Shown here: piece after piece, positions 39,774 through 49,235 of the stretch | Numbering within the stretch: the stretch's first letter is position 1 | Layout of the letters: each line of letters opens with the position of its first letter | Assembly: GCA_028716045.1 (NCBI GenBank) | Contig: JAQUQO010000001.1 | Location: 632,961-696,960 of the forward strand | DNA length: 64,000 nucleotides | Direction: 5' to 3' | DNA from: Patescibacteria group bacterium | GTDB taxonomy: Bacteria; Patescibacteriota; Patescibacteriia; JAQUQO01 | Made by a program: the position numbers and the translations under genes | Notes under the pieces: model-generated | The model's input: only the letters and a program-made list of their open reading frames with translations | Databases searched by the model: none | Told to the model about the DNA's origin: nothing

Positions 39774-40316
39774 TTATATAACCTCCAAAGCGCGTTGCTC
39801 GTCAGGCGAGGCCTCTTTTCGTAAATTCCCCCAAGCCGTACTTTTTTTTAAAATCGTCACCTGTTCGGCGGATAAATTATTCAAGGCATTCTGAATCAAC
39901 CCCTCGCCTAAGTCAGAATCAACCGCTATTAAATACGCGGTTGCCCAGTTTTTCTCCGCACATAGATAATCGTAAAGCTTCTGTTTGTCTTTTTGTATCT
40001 CCTCGATTGAGCAGGAAATTTCTTTTTTCAGAGCTTCATCCCGGGTCTGCTCTAATAAATTTTTCAAAAACAGACAAGCGGCGAGAGGATTCGCAAAATT
40101 TCTATAACGAAAATAATTTACCCTGGCCACCGCCTTGTCGCCCAGAAAATAGCCGAATCGCAGAGCCGAATCATAATCGCCGTTTTCTAAGGACTCATCG
40201 TACCTCTTCCCTATGTAAGCATAGAAAGTCGCGACCGCAACCAATACAACAAACAAAATCGTGCTACCGGTTTCCATTATTTTTTTACCTTTCATTAAAT
40301 TTATTTGAAAGAACAA
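39774..40316 (-). CDS. hypothetical membrane-anchored helical protein
   Basis: N-terminal TM then helical domain; start uncertain. Confidence 0.65.
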   Translation of the reverse strand: MFFQINLMKGKKIMETGSTILFVVLVAVATFYAYIGKRYDESLENGDYDSALRFGYFLGDKAVARVNYFRYRNFANPLAACLFLKNLLEQTRDEALKKEISCSIEEIQKDKQKLYDYLCAEKNWATAYLIAVDSDLGEGLIQNALNNLSAEQVTILKKSTAWGNLRKEASPDEQRALEVI

Positions 40317-40377
40317 TTATTCTAAATTATTAAACATTCTTACATACTGTCTTTAAAAAATCAATACCAACGAAATA

Positions 40378-41904
40378 CTAGTCCGCTTTTGGTCGATATT
40401 GCAAGGCCTCGGCCACATATTCAGTAGTAATCTCCTCGCTCCCCGCCAAGTCGGCAATGGTGCGCGCCAATTTCAAAACGCGGTGGTAAGAACGCGCCGA
40501 GAGCCGCATCTGGGCCACGGCATTGCGCAAAAGCTCGCGCGTGTCTTCTCTAAGCGGACAAAACTTTTTAACTTCTTCCGATGACATCTCGCTATTGGCA
40601 AAAATGCCCGATTTGCCAAAACGCTCTCTTTGCCTCCCCCGCGCCGCTTCCACTCGCCCGCGGATATCCGCCGAACTTTCTCCGTGGTTGTCACTGACCA
40701 TTTTTTCAAAATCAATCTGCGGCACTTCAATATGAATATCAATGCGGTCCAAAAGCGGACCGGAAACCTTTTTCTGATATTTTAAAATCTGCATGGGCGA
40801 ACAGGTGCAAATTCTTTTGGGGTCAGAAGCGTAACCGCAAGGACAGGGATTTTGCGCCGCCACCAAAATAAACTTGGCGGGGAATTCCACCGTGCCGGAA
40901 ACGCGCGAAACCGCCACCACGCCATCCTCCAGCGGCTGGCGCAAATTTTCCAGCACCCGCCGGTCAAACTCCGGAAACTCGTCCAGAAATAAAATTCCGC
41001 GGTGCGCCAAAGAAATTTCTCCCGGCTTGGGCCAGGTCCCGCCGCCGACCAACGCCACGCCCGAAGCGGTGTGATGCGGACTGCGGAAAGGACGCTTTCT
41101 CGCCACTGGCTGATTGGGTGGTAACAACCCGGCGGCGGAATAAACGCGGGTTATCTCCAGCGACTCCTCCACGGTCAAATTAGGCAGAATAGTGGGGATT
41201 GTCCGCGCTAAAAAAGTTTTTCCTGAACCCGGCGGTCCGCTCATTAAAATGTTATGCGCTCCGGCGGCGACAATTTCCAGCGCCCGCTTGGCCTGTTCCT
41301 GCCCTTTAATGTAAGCCATGTCCGCTGAACCATAATCAACATTTTGAAGTTCACTTTGAAAATCCAACGGCTCCACCTCCGGCGGTATTTTTTCTTTTTG
41401 TAAAAACTGAATGAGCTCGCTTAAATTTTTCACCGGAATAATTTTTACTCCGCTGATTAAACTCGCCTCGCGCGCGTTCGGCTCCGGCAAATAAACTTTC
41501 TCAAATCCTTTTTCCCGCGCCATCAGCATCAGCGAGATAACTCCATTCACTCCCCGCACCTCACCGTCCAGCGCCAGTTCGCCTACTAAAATTGACTTAG
41601 ATAGATCCTCCTTAAGCAAAATCTGTTCCGAGGCCAACAGTAAACTCAAAGCCATCGGCAAATCGTAAGCCGGCCCTTCTTTCCTGATGTCCGCCGGCGC
41701 CAAATTGGCCGCCACCCTTCCCCGCGGAAACTGAAAACCGCTGTTTTTTATGGCTGACCGCACGCGCTCGCGCGACTCCTGCACCGCCGTATCCGGCAAA
41801 CCGACAACAATAAAATTGGCCAAACCGGAAGAAACGTCCGCCTCCACTTCAATGGGCGCGCAAAAAAGGCCGATAGCGGCCGAAGAAAAAACTTTTGCCG
41901 ACAT
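40378..41904 (-). CDS. comM: YifB/ComM Mg-chelatase-like AAA ATPase
   Basis: VGLPD.AV.ESRERV, NLAPADIRKEG, GPPGSGKT, PFRSPHH, PGEISLAHRG.LFLDE, NPCPCG. Confidence 0.96.
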   Translation of the reverse strand: MSAKVFSSAAIGLFCAPIEVEADVSSGLANFIVVGLPDTAVQESRERVRSAIKNSGFQFPRGRVAANLAPADIRKEGPAYDLPMALSLLLASEQILLKEDLSKSILVGELALDGEVRGVNGVISLMLMAREKGFEKVYLPEPNAREASLISGVKIIPVKNLSELIQFLQKEKIPPEVEPLDFQSELQNVDYGSADMAYIKGQEQAKRALEIVAAGAHNILMSGPPGSGKTFLARTIPTILPNLTVEESLEITRVYSAAGLLPPNQPVARKRPFRSPHHTASGVALVGGGTWPKPGEISLAHRGILFLDEFPEFDRRVLENLRQPLEDGVVAVSRVSGTVEFPAKFILVAAQNPCPCGYASDPKRICTCSPMQILKYQKKVSGPLLDRIDIHIEVPQIDFEKMVSDNHGESSADIRGRVEAARGRQRERFGKSGIFANSEMSSEEVKKFCPLREDTRELLRNAVAQMRLSARSYHRVLKLARTIADLAGSEEITTEYVAEALQYRPKAD

Positions 41905-41958
41905 ATTTTAAATGCCCAGAACTCGCTGGGCATTCTATTTAAAAAAATAAATTTTATT

Positions 41959-43095
41959 TCACGGTTTGAATACTTTAACGCTTTCCAGTTTCCCGTCTTT
42001 AATCACGTAAACGGCGTATGAAGAAAGGCGATTGCCCGCCTCGTCAAAACTCAAGCTCCCCAAAGCCTGCTCCCATTTTTTGAGATTAACTAAATAATTC
42101 TTTATCTTACCAAAATCATCTCCATATTTTCCGGCCGCTTCGGCCAACAAATAAATCGTGGAATAGATATTAGCTTGCTCGGCAGCGAAAGAAACCTCTT
42201 CACCATATCTCTTTTTAAACGCTTCTGCAAATTTTTCAAATTTTTTATTTTCTTCGCTCACTGCTTTCACGGTATAAAAGCCGTCTAAAGACGAATAATC
42301 TTTCCAAATATCATTACTAAACATTTGACCGGGGAGAAATATTGTTTTTTCCAGGCCGGCGGTTTTTAATTCTAACGCAATTTTTTCAGCAACAGCCGGC
42401 ATTTCTGATATTAAAACTAAAGCGCCGAAATCTTTACCCTTAAGCTCGTTGATAATTTCAGACGCCTCAAAACTCTTCGGATAAAAATAAATATCTGCCG
42501 CTATCTTTCCTCCCTTGGCTGAAAAATATCTTTTAAAATCTTCAACTAAAGTCAGGGCATAATCTTTTTTTTCATAAACCACCGCCGCCGTGCCAACCTT
42601 GGCTTTAGTGGCGAGATATTCCGCCAGCATGAAACCTTCCTTATCATTATTAACCGCTAAACTAAAAAAATTATCTGCGCCGCTTCCGCTGACACCGCCG
42701 CCAGCCGAAGCAATAACAATCGCCTCCCGCCCTTTCACCGCCTTGGCCATGGACATAATTTCGCTTTCGCAAAATCCGCCGATGACAAAATTAACTTCCT
42801 CTTTATTGATTAAATCCTCTGCTCCTCTGGCCGCTTTATTGGATTCGCATCCGCCATCGCGATACAAAAGCTCCACTCGCACCTTGCCGTTTTGGCCATT
42901 AATTTCTCTCATTGCCAAATCAGCCGCCGCCTTCATCGCTGGCCCCTGCTTCAAAAAAGAGTCCTCCAATGGCAAAATTACGCCGATTTTCAACAACTTT
43001 TTTTCACCACCGATAAAATTATTGGATAATAGATAAACCGCAGCGGCGAGAACAATGATGCTAACAATTATAATTAAAATTTTTCTTTTGGACAT
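41959..43095 (-). CDS. branched-chain amino acid ABC-type substrate-binding protein (LivJ-like), no permease nearby
   Basis: N-terminal anchor, KIGVILPL, EING, DGGC, VIGGFC, G.LSFD..GNR. Confidence 0.82.
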   Translation of the reverse strand: MSKRKILIIIVSIIVLAAAVYLLSNNFIGGEKKLLKIGVILPLEDSFLKQGPAMKAAADLAMREINGQNGKVRVELLYRDGGCESNKAARGAEDLINKEEVNFVIGGFCESEIMSMAKAVKGREAIVIASAGGGVSGSGADNFFSLAVNNDKEGFMLAEYLATKAKVGTAAVVYEKKDYALTLVEDFKRYFSAKGGKIAADIYFYPKSFEASEIINELKGKDFGALVLISEMPAVAEKIALELKTAGLEKTIFLPGQMFSNDIWKDYSSLDGFYTVKAVSEENKKFEKFAEAFKKRYGEEVSFAAEQANIYSTIYLLAEAAGKYGDDFGKIKNYLVNLKKWEQALGSLSFDEAGNRLSSYAVYVIKDGKLESVKVFKP

Positions 43096-43568
43096 ATCTT
43101 AATATTATTACCTTTATATTTAATTATAAATAAAAACGCTCCTACTGCTATCATTATATCAGCCAAATTAAAAAACGACAAAGACGCAAAGCCGACATAA
43201 TCTATGACATACCCGTAAATTATTCTATCCCCAAAATTACTTAGAGCGCCGGCAATTAAAATAACCAAACCAAACGCCGCCGCACGTCGGCCGTTTCGGA
43301 ATAACCAGTATAAAAATAAAAAAAGTCCGGCCAAAATAACCGCGCTAAAAATTACCGCTATCCCCGCTGGCAGCGGAATACTGAAAGCAATAAATTTATT
43401 GCGAAAAAATTCCAAACCGAATTTAAACGGGGGAAAAATAAAATAAACTCCCTCATCCGGGAGTTTATTTTGGACAAAATATTTGAAATAACGGTCAACA
43501 ACGAAAAAAAATAAAATCGCACCGTAGCCCCAAAAAAAATTCGTTCCAAAAAACTTTCCGCCGCGCAT
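43074..43568 (-). CDS. lspA: lipoprotein signal peptidase II
   Basis: DRYFK, N..IAFSI, GALSNFGDR, VIDY, FNLADI. Confidence 0.88.
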   Translation of the reverse strand: MRGGKFFGTNFFWGYGAILFFFVVDRYFKYFVQNKLPDEGVYFIFPPFKFGLEFFRNKFIAFSIPLPAGIAVIFSAVILAGLFLFLYWLFRNGRRAAAFGLVILIAGALSNFGDRIIYGYVIDYVGFASLSFFNLADIMIAVGAFLFIIKYKGNNIKICPKEKF

Positions 43569-43569
43569 C

Positions 43570-43938
43570 TTACTTGCCCTTGGTCAATTTTTCCTTGCAT
43601 TCCACGCAGGCGGTAGAAACTGGACGGGCCTCAAGGCGCTTTTCTCCTATTTCCTTACCGCAATATTTGCAAATTCCATAAGTGCCTTTGGCAATACTGT
43701 CTAAGGCCTTGCTCACATCGCGAAGCGATTTTTCTAAATTATGCTCCAAGGACAGATTGTCGCTGTAAGTGGCCACCTCGCCGGCATTTTCATCTTCTTT
43801 GTCGCCATACTCCGGCATTTCCGTATCATAATCATCCTTGGCTTTCTTTTTGGCGAAACCCGAAAGACGTTCATTCAAGTTTTTCTTTTCCTCCAAAAGC
43901 TTCTCTTTCATTTTAGCAATAAATTCCTGACTGGGCAT
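43570..43938 (-). CDS. TraR/DksA C4-type zinc finger protein
   Basis: Coiled coil then GTYGICKYCG.EI...RLEARP....CVEC. Confidence 0.92.
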   Translation of the reverse strand: MPSQEFIAKMKEKLLEEKKNLNERLSGFAKKKAKDDYDTEMPEYGDKEDENAGEVATYSDNLSLEHNLEKSLRDVSKALDSIAKGTYGICKYCGKEIGEKRLEARPVSTACVECKEKLTKGK

Positions 43939-43984
43939 AAACTTCTCTTTACTTATTTATATAAGGTCATTTTAACAAGAAAAT

Positions 43985-44366
43985 AAAAAAGGCGCAAGTT
44001 CCGCGCTGTTTTCCATATAAATTGGAAAAATTATTTGATACGGGCTTGCGCCTCCGAGCTCTTAACAAACTCTGTCGCCGCTCCGGAAGAGCGGAAACAA
44101 AGATTTGGTTCTTTTTAAAAGCTCCGATAACGCTTTTTGGCCTATTTTTTAATAAGCGTGCTCCTTTACCATTCTTATGGCCTATCCTCGGGAATTCTTA
44201 TCCCCAGGGTTAGTCCTTTCCACTTTTATTTTTGTTTGGAATAACCAGGTCTAACGGCCAATTTTAGACCTTAACGAATAGTAAAGAAGAAAGAAATTTG
44301 CCCAATATTAGATAAAATCAGGAAAATCTCTTTAAATTTAAAGAACTACGACACAATTTGCCTTAT
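43985..44366 (-). ncRNA. candidate structured non-coding RNA (unassigned)
   Basis: TTGACA(44396-44401)-17-TATAAT promoter, at least six stems, GCAA tetraloop, terminator, no sizeable minus-strand ORF. Confidence 0.55.
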
Positions 44367-44502
44367 AGGTTAATTATAACACATTTTCCTGCAATTGTCA
44401 ACGCATTTTTTTGGCTTATATTAGCCATTTTTTATCTTAAACAAATACTTCTGGGGATAATATTTTTCCTGCTTTTTCGTAAAAATATTTAATATCAACA
44501 AC

Positions 44503-44511
44503 TTATCCACA
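44503..44511 (+). promoter_or_regulatory. DnaA box
   Basis: Exact TTATCCACA; one-mismatch box in the opposite orientation at 44452-44460. Confidence 0.45.
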
Positions 44512-44513
44512 AA

Positions 44514-45896
44514 TTATTTTAAAAATCCAGTAATTTTATCAGATGTAAATAATATCTCGCTAAAATTAGCCAAAAAATCATTATTTTTAGTAATCTTTTC
44601 TAAATTAATATACCCCCCTTTATCTCTGATATCTAAAACTCCCAACAATTTTTCTTCGGATAACTGGCCAGCAGTTTTAGTATATTCTTTTACTAAATCC
44701 TCGGAATTGCTCAAAAATAAGAAGTTTTTTTTACCTTGGCTGATGATTTGGTAACTGATTTTTAAAGGAATGCCCTCTGACTCCAAAATACGCGGCCCCC
44801 CGGGGGTTGTTTCTGTAAAATCAGCAATAATTTCTTTGGGTAAAAATTCAATGGCCCTGCCGTCCGGTAAAACTACTTCCTTTTCTTCCGGATATAAATA
44901 ACCAACTACTCGCTTCAAAACATTGGCCAATTTGGCCGGGTCAAATTCTTTAGACGAGATATTGACGATTAGCAAAAAATTGTTCCGCAAAAAATTTTTA
45001 ATATCTACCGGATTATTTTCATCCTCAAATTCAACCAAGAGTTCTCCCTCTCCCCGTAAGATATCCCCCAACTCATCAAAATCTTTTTCACCGCTGGCTA
45101 AAATATTTTTGGGAATATATTTTTTACTTTCTCCATACAAATCAAAAAAATTAAAACCGCGCAGATAGAGCAAAGGTTTTTCGGCGAAAGAATTGATAAA
45201 CGAAGCGGCGGTCAATTTAGAATGGGGGAAATTAAAATCAACAATCAGCTGATTATTATTTCTGGCCAGGGAAATATAAATATTTTCAGGCAATTTAATG
45301 TTTGAAAACAAATATCTTTCCCAAGGTAATGGCGCCGCGTGCTTAGAGGTATCAATATGACCTCGGCCAACATCACTGCCGGGAATTTTAAAATAAAAAT
45401 ATGCCCGGGGGTTGCTGAAAATTTTCCAAAATATATCGCGGTAAAGAAGCTCCGTATTCGCAGAAGAGGCGCCAACGGCCACCGTGTCGTTGCTAAAATC
45501 TTTAATCGTTAAATTTGCCGGCCAGGTATTCGGACGAGAAAAAAATCTCGCTAAAAAAAATCTTTGGCCATCGGGTAAAACCACCCAAGCCATTTCTTCA
45601 CCGGAAAATTCCTCGGGAAAACCCCAAAAGCGATTAAGCTCGCGAACCAATTCCGCGCTAACCTTATCGTCTGAATAGTTTAGGTGAATATAAACAACCT
45701 TATCAACGGGCGCGTAATCAATTAAACGGTCTCCGGGAAAAAATATCAATATAATAGCCACAGCCAGTAAGGCTGCGGCTATTATTAAAAATAAAAATAT
45801 AAATTTATAGGATGGCCGGCGCCTTTTGGAATAACCCAAATACGCCTCTCTTCTTTGGCTAAAAGAATAGTAATCGGGCATGGCTTTATTTTTCAT
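44514..45896 (-). CDS. hypothetical membrane-anchored protein
   Basis: 460 aa, single TM near the N-terminus, coupled to the pnp stop. Confidence 0.75.
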   Translation of the reverse strand: MKNKAMPDYYSFSQRREAYLGYSKRRRPSYKFIFLFLIIAAALLAVAIILIFFPGDRLIDYAPVDKVVYIHLNYSDDKVSAELVRELNRFWGFPEEFSGEEMAWVVLPDGQRFFLARFFSRPNTWPANLTIKDFSNDTVAVGASSANTELLYRDIFWKIFSNPRAYFYFKIPGSDVGRGHIDTSKHAAPLPWERYLFSNIKLPENIYISLARNNNQLIVDFNFPHSKLTAASFINSFAEKPLLYLRGFNFFDLYGESKKYIPKNILASGEKDFDELGDILRGEGELLVEFEDENNPVDIKNFLRNNFLLIVNISSKEFDPAKLANVLKRVVGYLYPEEKEVVLPDGRAIEFLPKEIIADFTETTPGGPRILESEGIPLKISYQIISQGKKNFLFLSNSEDLVKEYTKTAGQLSEEKLLGVLDIRDKGGYINLEKITKNNDFLANFSEILFTSDKITGFLK

Positions 45897-48094
45897 TATC
45901 GGCGCTCGCTTCTTTTTTTGAAGATTCCGAATTTTTTTTCTTCCGGCTCGTCGGGACCGCTATCCGGCTGGGCTCTTTTTAGAGAAAGCCCGATTTTGCC
46001 GGCTTCCTTATCAATATTTATCACTTTAACGGTTATTTCCTGGCCGAGCTTAATCACGTCCTCAACTCGCGCCACGCGATACGGAGCCAATTCGGAAATA
46101 TGGACCATCCCTTCCTGCCCGGGGAGGATCTCCACGAGAGCGCCGAAATCCATAATCCGGGTGACTTTGCCGGTATAAAGTTTGCCCATTTCCGCTTCGG
46201 CGGTCAAATCTCTAATCCATTTAACCGCTTTTTCTAATCCGTCTTTATCGGCGGAAGTGACGCTTACCAAGCCGCTGTCTTCAATATCAATATCCACGCC
46301 GGTCTCGGCGATAATTTTATTTATCATCTTGCCGCCCGGACCGATAACATCGCGAATCTTATCGGGGTTGATATAGAACGACTCAATGCGCGGAGCATAA
46401 GGAGAAAGTTCGGCGCGGGGGGCCGGCAGGACGTTCGTGATGGAATCTAAAACCTTGAGACGCGCAACGCGCGCTTGTTTGAGAGTTTGTAAAACTATGT
46501 CTTTAAGCAAACCATCGCTCTTGGTATCCATCTGAATGGCGGTAATACCCTTGGCCGTGCCGGCGATTTTAAAATCCATGCCGCCGTAACCGTCTTCTAA
46601 ATCCTGCAAATCGGTAATGACTTTCCAGTCGCCCTTGGAATTAACCGCCAAACCCATAGCAATACCGGCTACCGGAGATTTAATCGGCACACCAGCGTCC
46701 ATCAAACTTAAAGTTGAGCCGCAAACCGAAGCCATGGAACTGGAACCATTGGAGCTCATTACTTCGGAAACGACGCGAATGGTATAGGGAAATTTGTCCT
46801 GCTCCGGCAGAACCGGAAAAATGGCTTTTTCCGCCAAGGCGCCATGACCGATTTCGCGGCGTCCGGGGCCGGACATTCGGCCGGTCTCACCGACGGAATA
46901 CGGAGGAAAATTATAATGATGCATGTAACGTTTTTTGCCGCTCATTTCCATGCCGTCTAAAACCTGTTCGTCCCCCGGCGCTCCCAGAGTAACGACCGAG
47001 AGCACGTGAGTTTCCCCGCGGCGGAAATATCCCGAACCGTGAACACGCGGCAAAATGCCTGCTTCGGAAAAAAGCGGACGAATCTCATCTAGCTGGCGAC
47101 CGTCCACGCGCTTGGCCCTATCCACGATAGCTTCGGAAATACGCAGCTCCGCGAGCTTGTCGGCTTTGGCCATAATCACATTTATCATATCGGCGGCAAC
47201 CTCCCGCTCTTCCAGGGTAGTTTTTAACAATTCTTTTAATTCTCTTAACGCTTCCTTGCGCGACTGTTTAGTGTTTTTAATTTCACCAAACATATACTTC
47301 TCAATTCTCTCGTCTAAAAATTTCTGCGCTTCTTCCATCAGTGATTTTAATTCGGCCAGGTCACCCTTAATCTGCTGGGCGTATAAATCGTCCGTGGAAA
47401 TTTTTTCTTCGCCAAGTTCTTTTTTAATTTCTTGAATCAATTTAATCACTGGCTCCAAATTTTCCTGCCCGAAAAGTATCGCGGCTGACATTTCTTCTTC
47501 CGCCGCTTCCTTAGCTTCGGCTTCAAGCATAATCACTTTTTCCTTGGTGCCGGCCACGGTGGTGTAAAGCGACGCTTTGGCTCTTTCTTCATAAGTGGGA
47601 TTTAAAATCAATTTGTCCTCAATCTTACTCACATTGACTCCGGCAATCGGGCCGTTCCAGGGGATATTAGAAATGGATAAAGCGGTGGAAGCGGCAATTA
47701 AAGCGATAATGTCGGGGTCATTATCCGTGTCCAGGGAAAGCACGGTTAAAACGACCTGAATATCGTTTCTGATGCGGTCGTCAAACAGCGGACGGATGGC
47801 GCGGTCAACAAGACGGGCGGTTAAAATGGCTTCGTCCGTAGGTCGCCCCTCGCGCTTGATAAAACGCGAACCCTTGATTTTGCCGGCGGCGTACATTTTT
47901 TCTTCGTACTCCACCGTCAAGGGGAAAAAATTCATTCCTTCTTTGACCGTCGGGCTCATCACGGCCGTGGCCTGCACTAAGGTATCGCCATACTGCACGG
48001 TACAACTGCCATTCGCTTGTGGAGCGAAACGCCCGGTCTCAATGATAAGTTTTCTGCCGGCCCACTCCTTTTCAAAATGTTTTTGTTGAATCAT
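45896..48094 (-). CDS. pnp: polyribonucleotide nucleotidyltransferase (PNPase)
   Basis: FFPLTVEYEEK, RLVDRAIRPLF, HYNFPPYSVGE, RREIGHG, SNGSSSMASVC, DFKIAGT, KH and S1. Confidence 0.99.
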   Translation of the reverse strand: MIQQKHFEKEWAGRKLIIETGRFAPQANGSCTVQYGDTLVQATAVMSPTVKEGMNFFPLTVEYEEKMYAAGKIKGSRFIKREGRPTDEAILTARLVDRAIRPLFDDRIRNDIQVVLTVLSLDTDNDPDIIALIAASTALSISNIPWNGPIAGVNVSKIEDKLILNPTYEERAKASLYTTVAGTKEKVIMLEAEAKEAAEEEMSAAILFGQENLEPVIKLIQEIKKELGEEKISTDDLYAQQIKGDLAELKSLMEEAQKFLDERIEKYMFGEIKNTKQSRKEALRELKELLKTTLEEREVAADMINVIMAKADKLAELRISEAIVDRAKRVDGRQLDEIRPLFSEAGILPRVHGSGYFRRGETHVLSVVTLGAPGDEQVLDGMEMSGKKRYMHHYNFPPYSVGETGRMSGPGRREIGHGALAEKAIFPVLPEQDKFPYTIRVVSEVMSSNGSSSMASVCGSTLSLMDAGVPIKSPVAGIAMGLAVNSKGDWKVITDLQDLEDGYGGMDFKIAGTAKGITAIQMDTKSDGLLKDIVLQTLKQARVARLKVLDSITNVLPAPRAELSPYAPRIESFYINPDKIRDVIGPGGKMINKIIAETGVDIDIEDSGLVSVTSADKDGLEKAVKWIRDLTAEAEMGKLYTGKVTRIMDFGALVEILPGQEGMVHISELAPYRVARVEDVIKLGQEITVKVINIDKEAGKIGLSLKRAQPDSGPDEPEEKKFGIFKKRSERR

Positions 48095-48106
48095 AAATTA
48101 CTTTCT

Positions 48107-48182
48107 GCCCAACTGATCGGCGAGCTCCTGAACTTCCCGAGGCAAAAACCTCAAAGCTCAGTTTGTCCGCGGACCAATTGGC
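48107..48182 (-). promoter_or_regulatory. long stem-loop in the pnp 5' leader
   Basis: CCAATTGGTC/GATCAGTTGG, CTGAGCTT/AAGTTCAG and GAGG/CCTC nested stems. Confidence 0.6.
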
Positions 48183-48203
48183 TTAATTAAATATTTAAAA
48201 AAA

Positions 48204-48719
48204 TTATTTTCTGCTAAATCTCGCTTTTCTGATTAAATACTTGCTTTGGCTTAAATCAATAAAATCATCGGCGATTTCAATCAGATTGGAAGAAGTGGTT
48301 TCGCGGAATCCCATAATTTCCACCAAACATCCTTTATTTTCCTGCAGATATTTCACGAGCGGAATAAAGTCGCCGTCACCAGTGACCAAAATCACGCTGT
48401 CCAGCTTGTCAGCGAGCTTAATCGCGTCCATGCTCATACCCACGTCCCAGTCGCCTTTTTTGGCGCCGCCGAAAAAAATCTGTAAATCCTTAATCTGGAC
48501 TTCAAACCCTTGATTGGACAGGGCTTCAAAAAAATCTTCCTCTTCGCCGGATTTGGAACTCACCACGTAGGCAATGGCGCGCACTAACTGGCGCCCGGCT
48601 ACCGCGTCTTTCAGCACTTCTTTAAAATTGACATTGGCTTGGTGTAAATTTTTCGCCGAGTGGTACATATTGCCCACATCCACGAACACTCCCACCCTTT
48701 GCGCTTTGTGTTTTATCAT
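48204..48719 (-). CDS. NYN domain (LabA/DUF88) protein
   Basis: VFVDVGN, KGDWDV, VTGDGDF.PL, ADDFIDL. Confidence 0.92.
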   Translation of the reverse strand: MIKHKAQRVGVFVDVGNMYHSAKNLHQANVNFKEVLKDAVAGRQLVRAIAYVVSSKSGEEEDFFEALSNQGFEVQIKDLQIFFGGAKKGDWDVGMSMDAIKLADKLDSVILVTGDGDFIPLVKYLQENKGCLVEIMGFRETTSSNLIEIADDFIDLSQSKYLIRKARFSRK

Positions 48720-48803
48720 AAAAAATTTTTACATTTAATCTTATCCTAATTATATAACTAAAAATAATAAATGACCAATCGGCAGATCGGCCATTTATCG
48801 CGC

Positions 48804-49076
48804 TTAGGTTAAAGTTTTAAGTTTAAGCTTGTCAGCCAATTCTTCGTAAGCTTTCCTGTTCTCCTTCGCTAAATATTTTACCAATCTTCGTCTCTCTCCG
48901 ACTTTTTTTAATAAACCCCGGCGGGAGGAAAAATCTTTTTTGTGACCCTTGAGGTGCTCAGTAAGTTCCTTGATTTCTTCCGTCAGGATGGCAATTTGCA
49001 CCTGCGGCGAACCGGTATCGTTCTCGTGGGTGCGAAATTTTTTGATAATCGCATCCTTTTTCTTTTTGTCTAACAT
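48804..49076 (-). CDS. rpsO: 30S ribosomal protein S15
   Basis: [26 protein letters not shown]. Confidence 0.98.
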   Translation of the reverse strand: MLDKKKKDAIIKKFRTHENDTGSPQVQIAILTEEIKELTEHLKGHKKDFSSRRGLLKKVGERRRLVKYLAKENRKAYEELADKLKLKTLT

Positions 49077-49235
49077 AGTTTCCCCTTCGTGTTCCCAAGC
49101 CCGGCCCGAATTGATAATTCATTTGCCCAGCCAAAGCCAGAGAACCGATTATTTATTAACGGATATAATATAACAAACCCTCTAAAAAATGTCAACAAAA
49201 AAAACGGCTTATTTATGAATAAGCCGTTGATTGCT

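Noticed and set aside
43985-44366. tmRNA or RNase P RNA; also the 63-aa + strand ORF 44022-44213
   Set aside because: No tRNA-like ends with CCA and no GAGGAAAGUCC core by eye (a divergent form is not excluded). The ORF starts with TTG, has no RBS and opposes the promoter.
48204-48719. NYN gene between rpsO and pnp as a novel insertion
   Set aside because: To my knowledge this order is common in Parcubacteria; kept only as context for the pnp leader.
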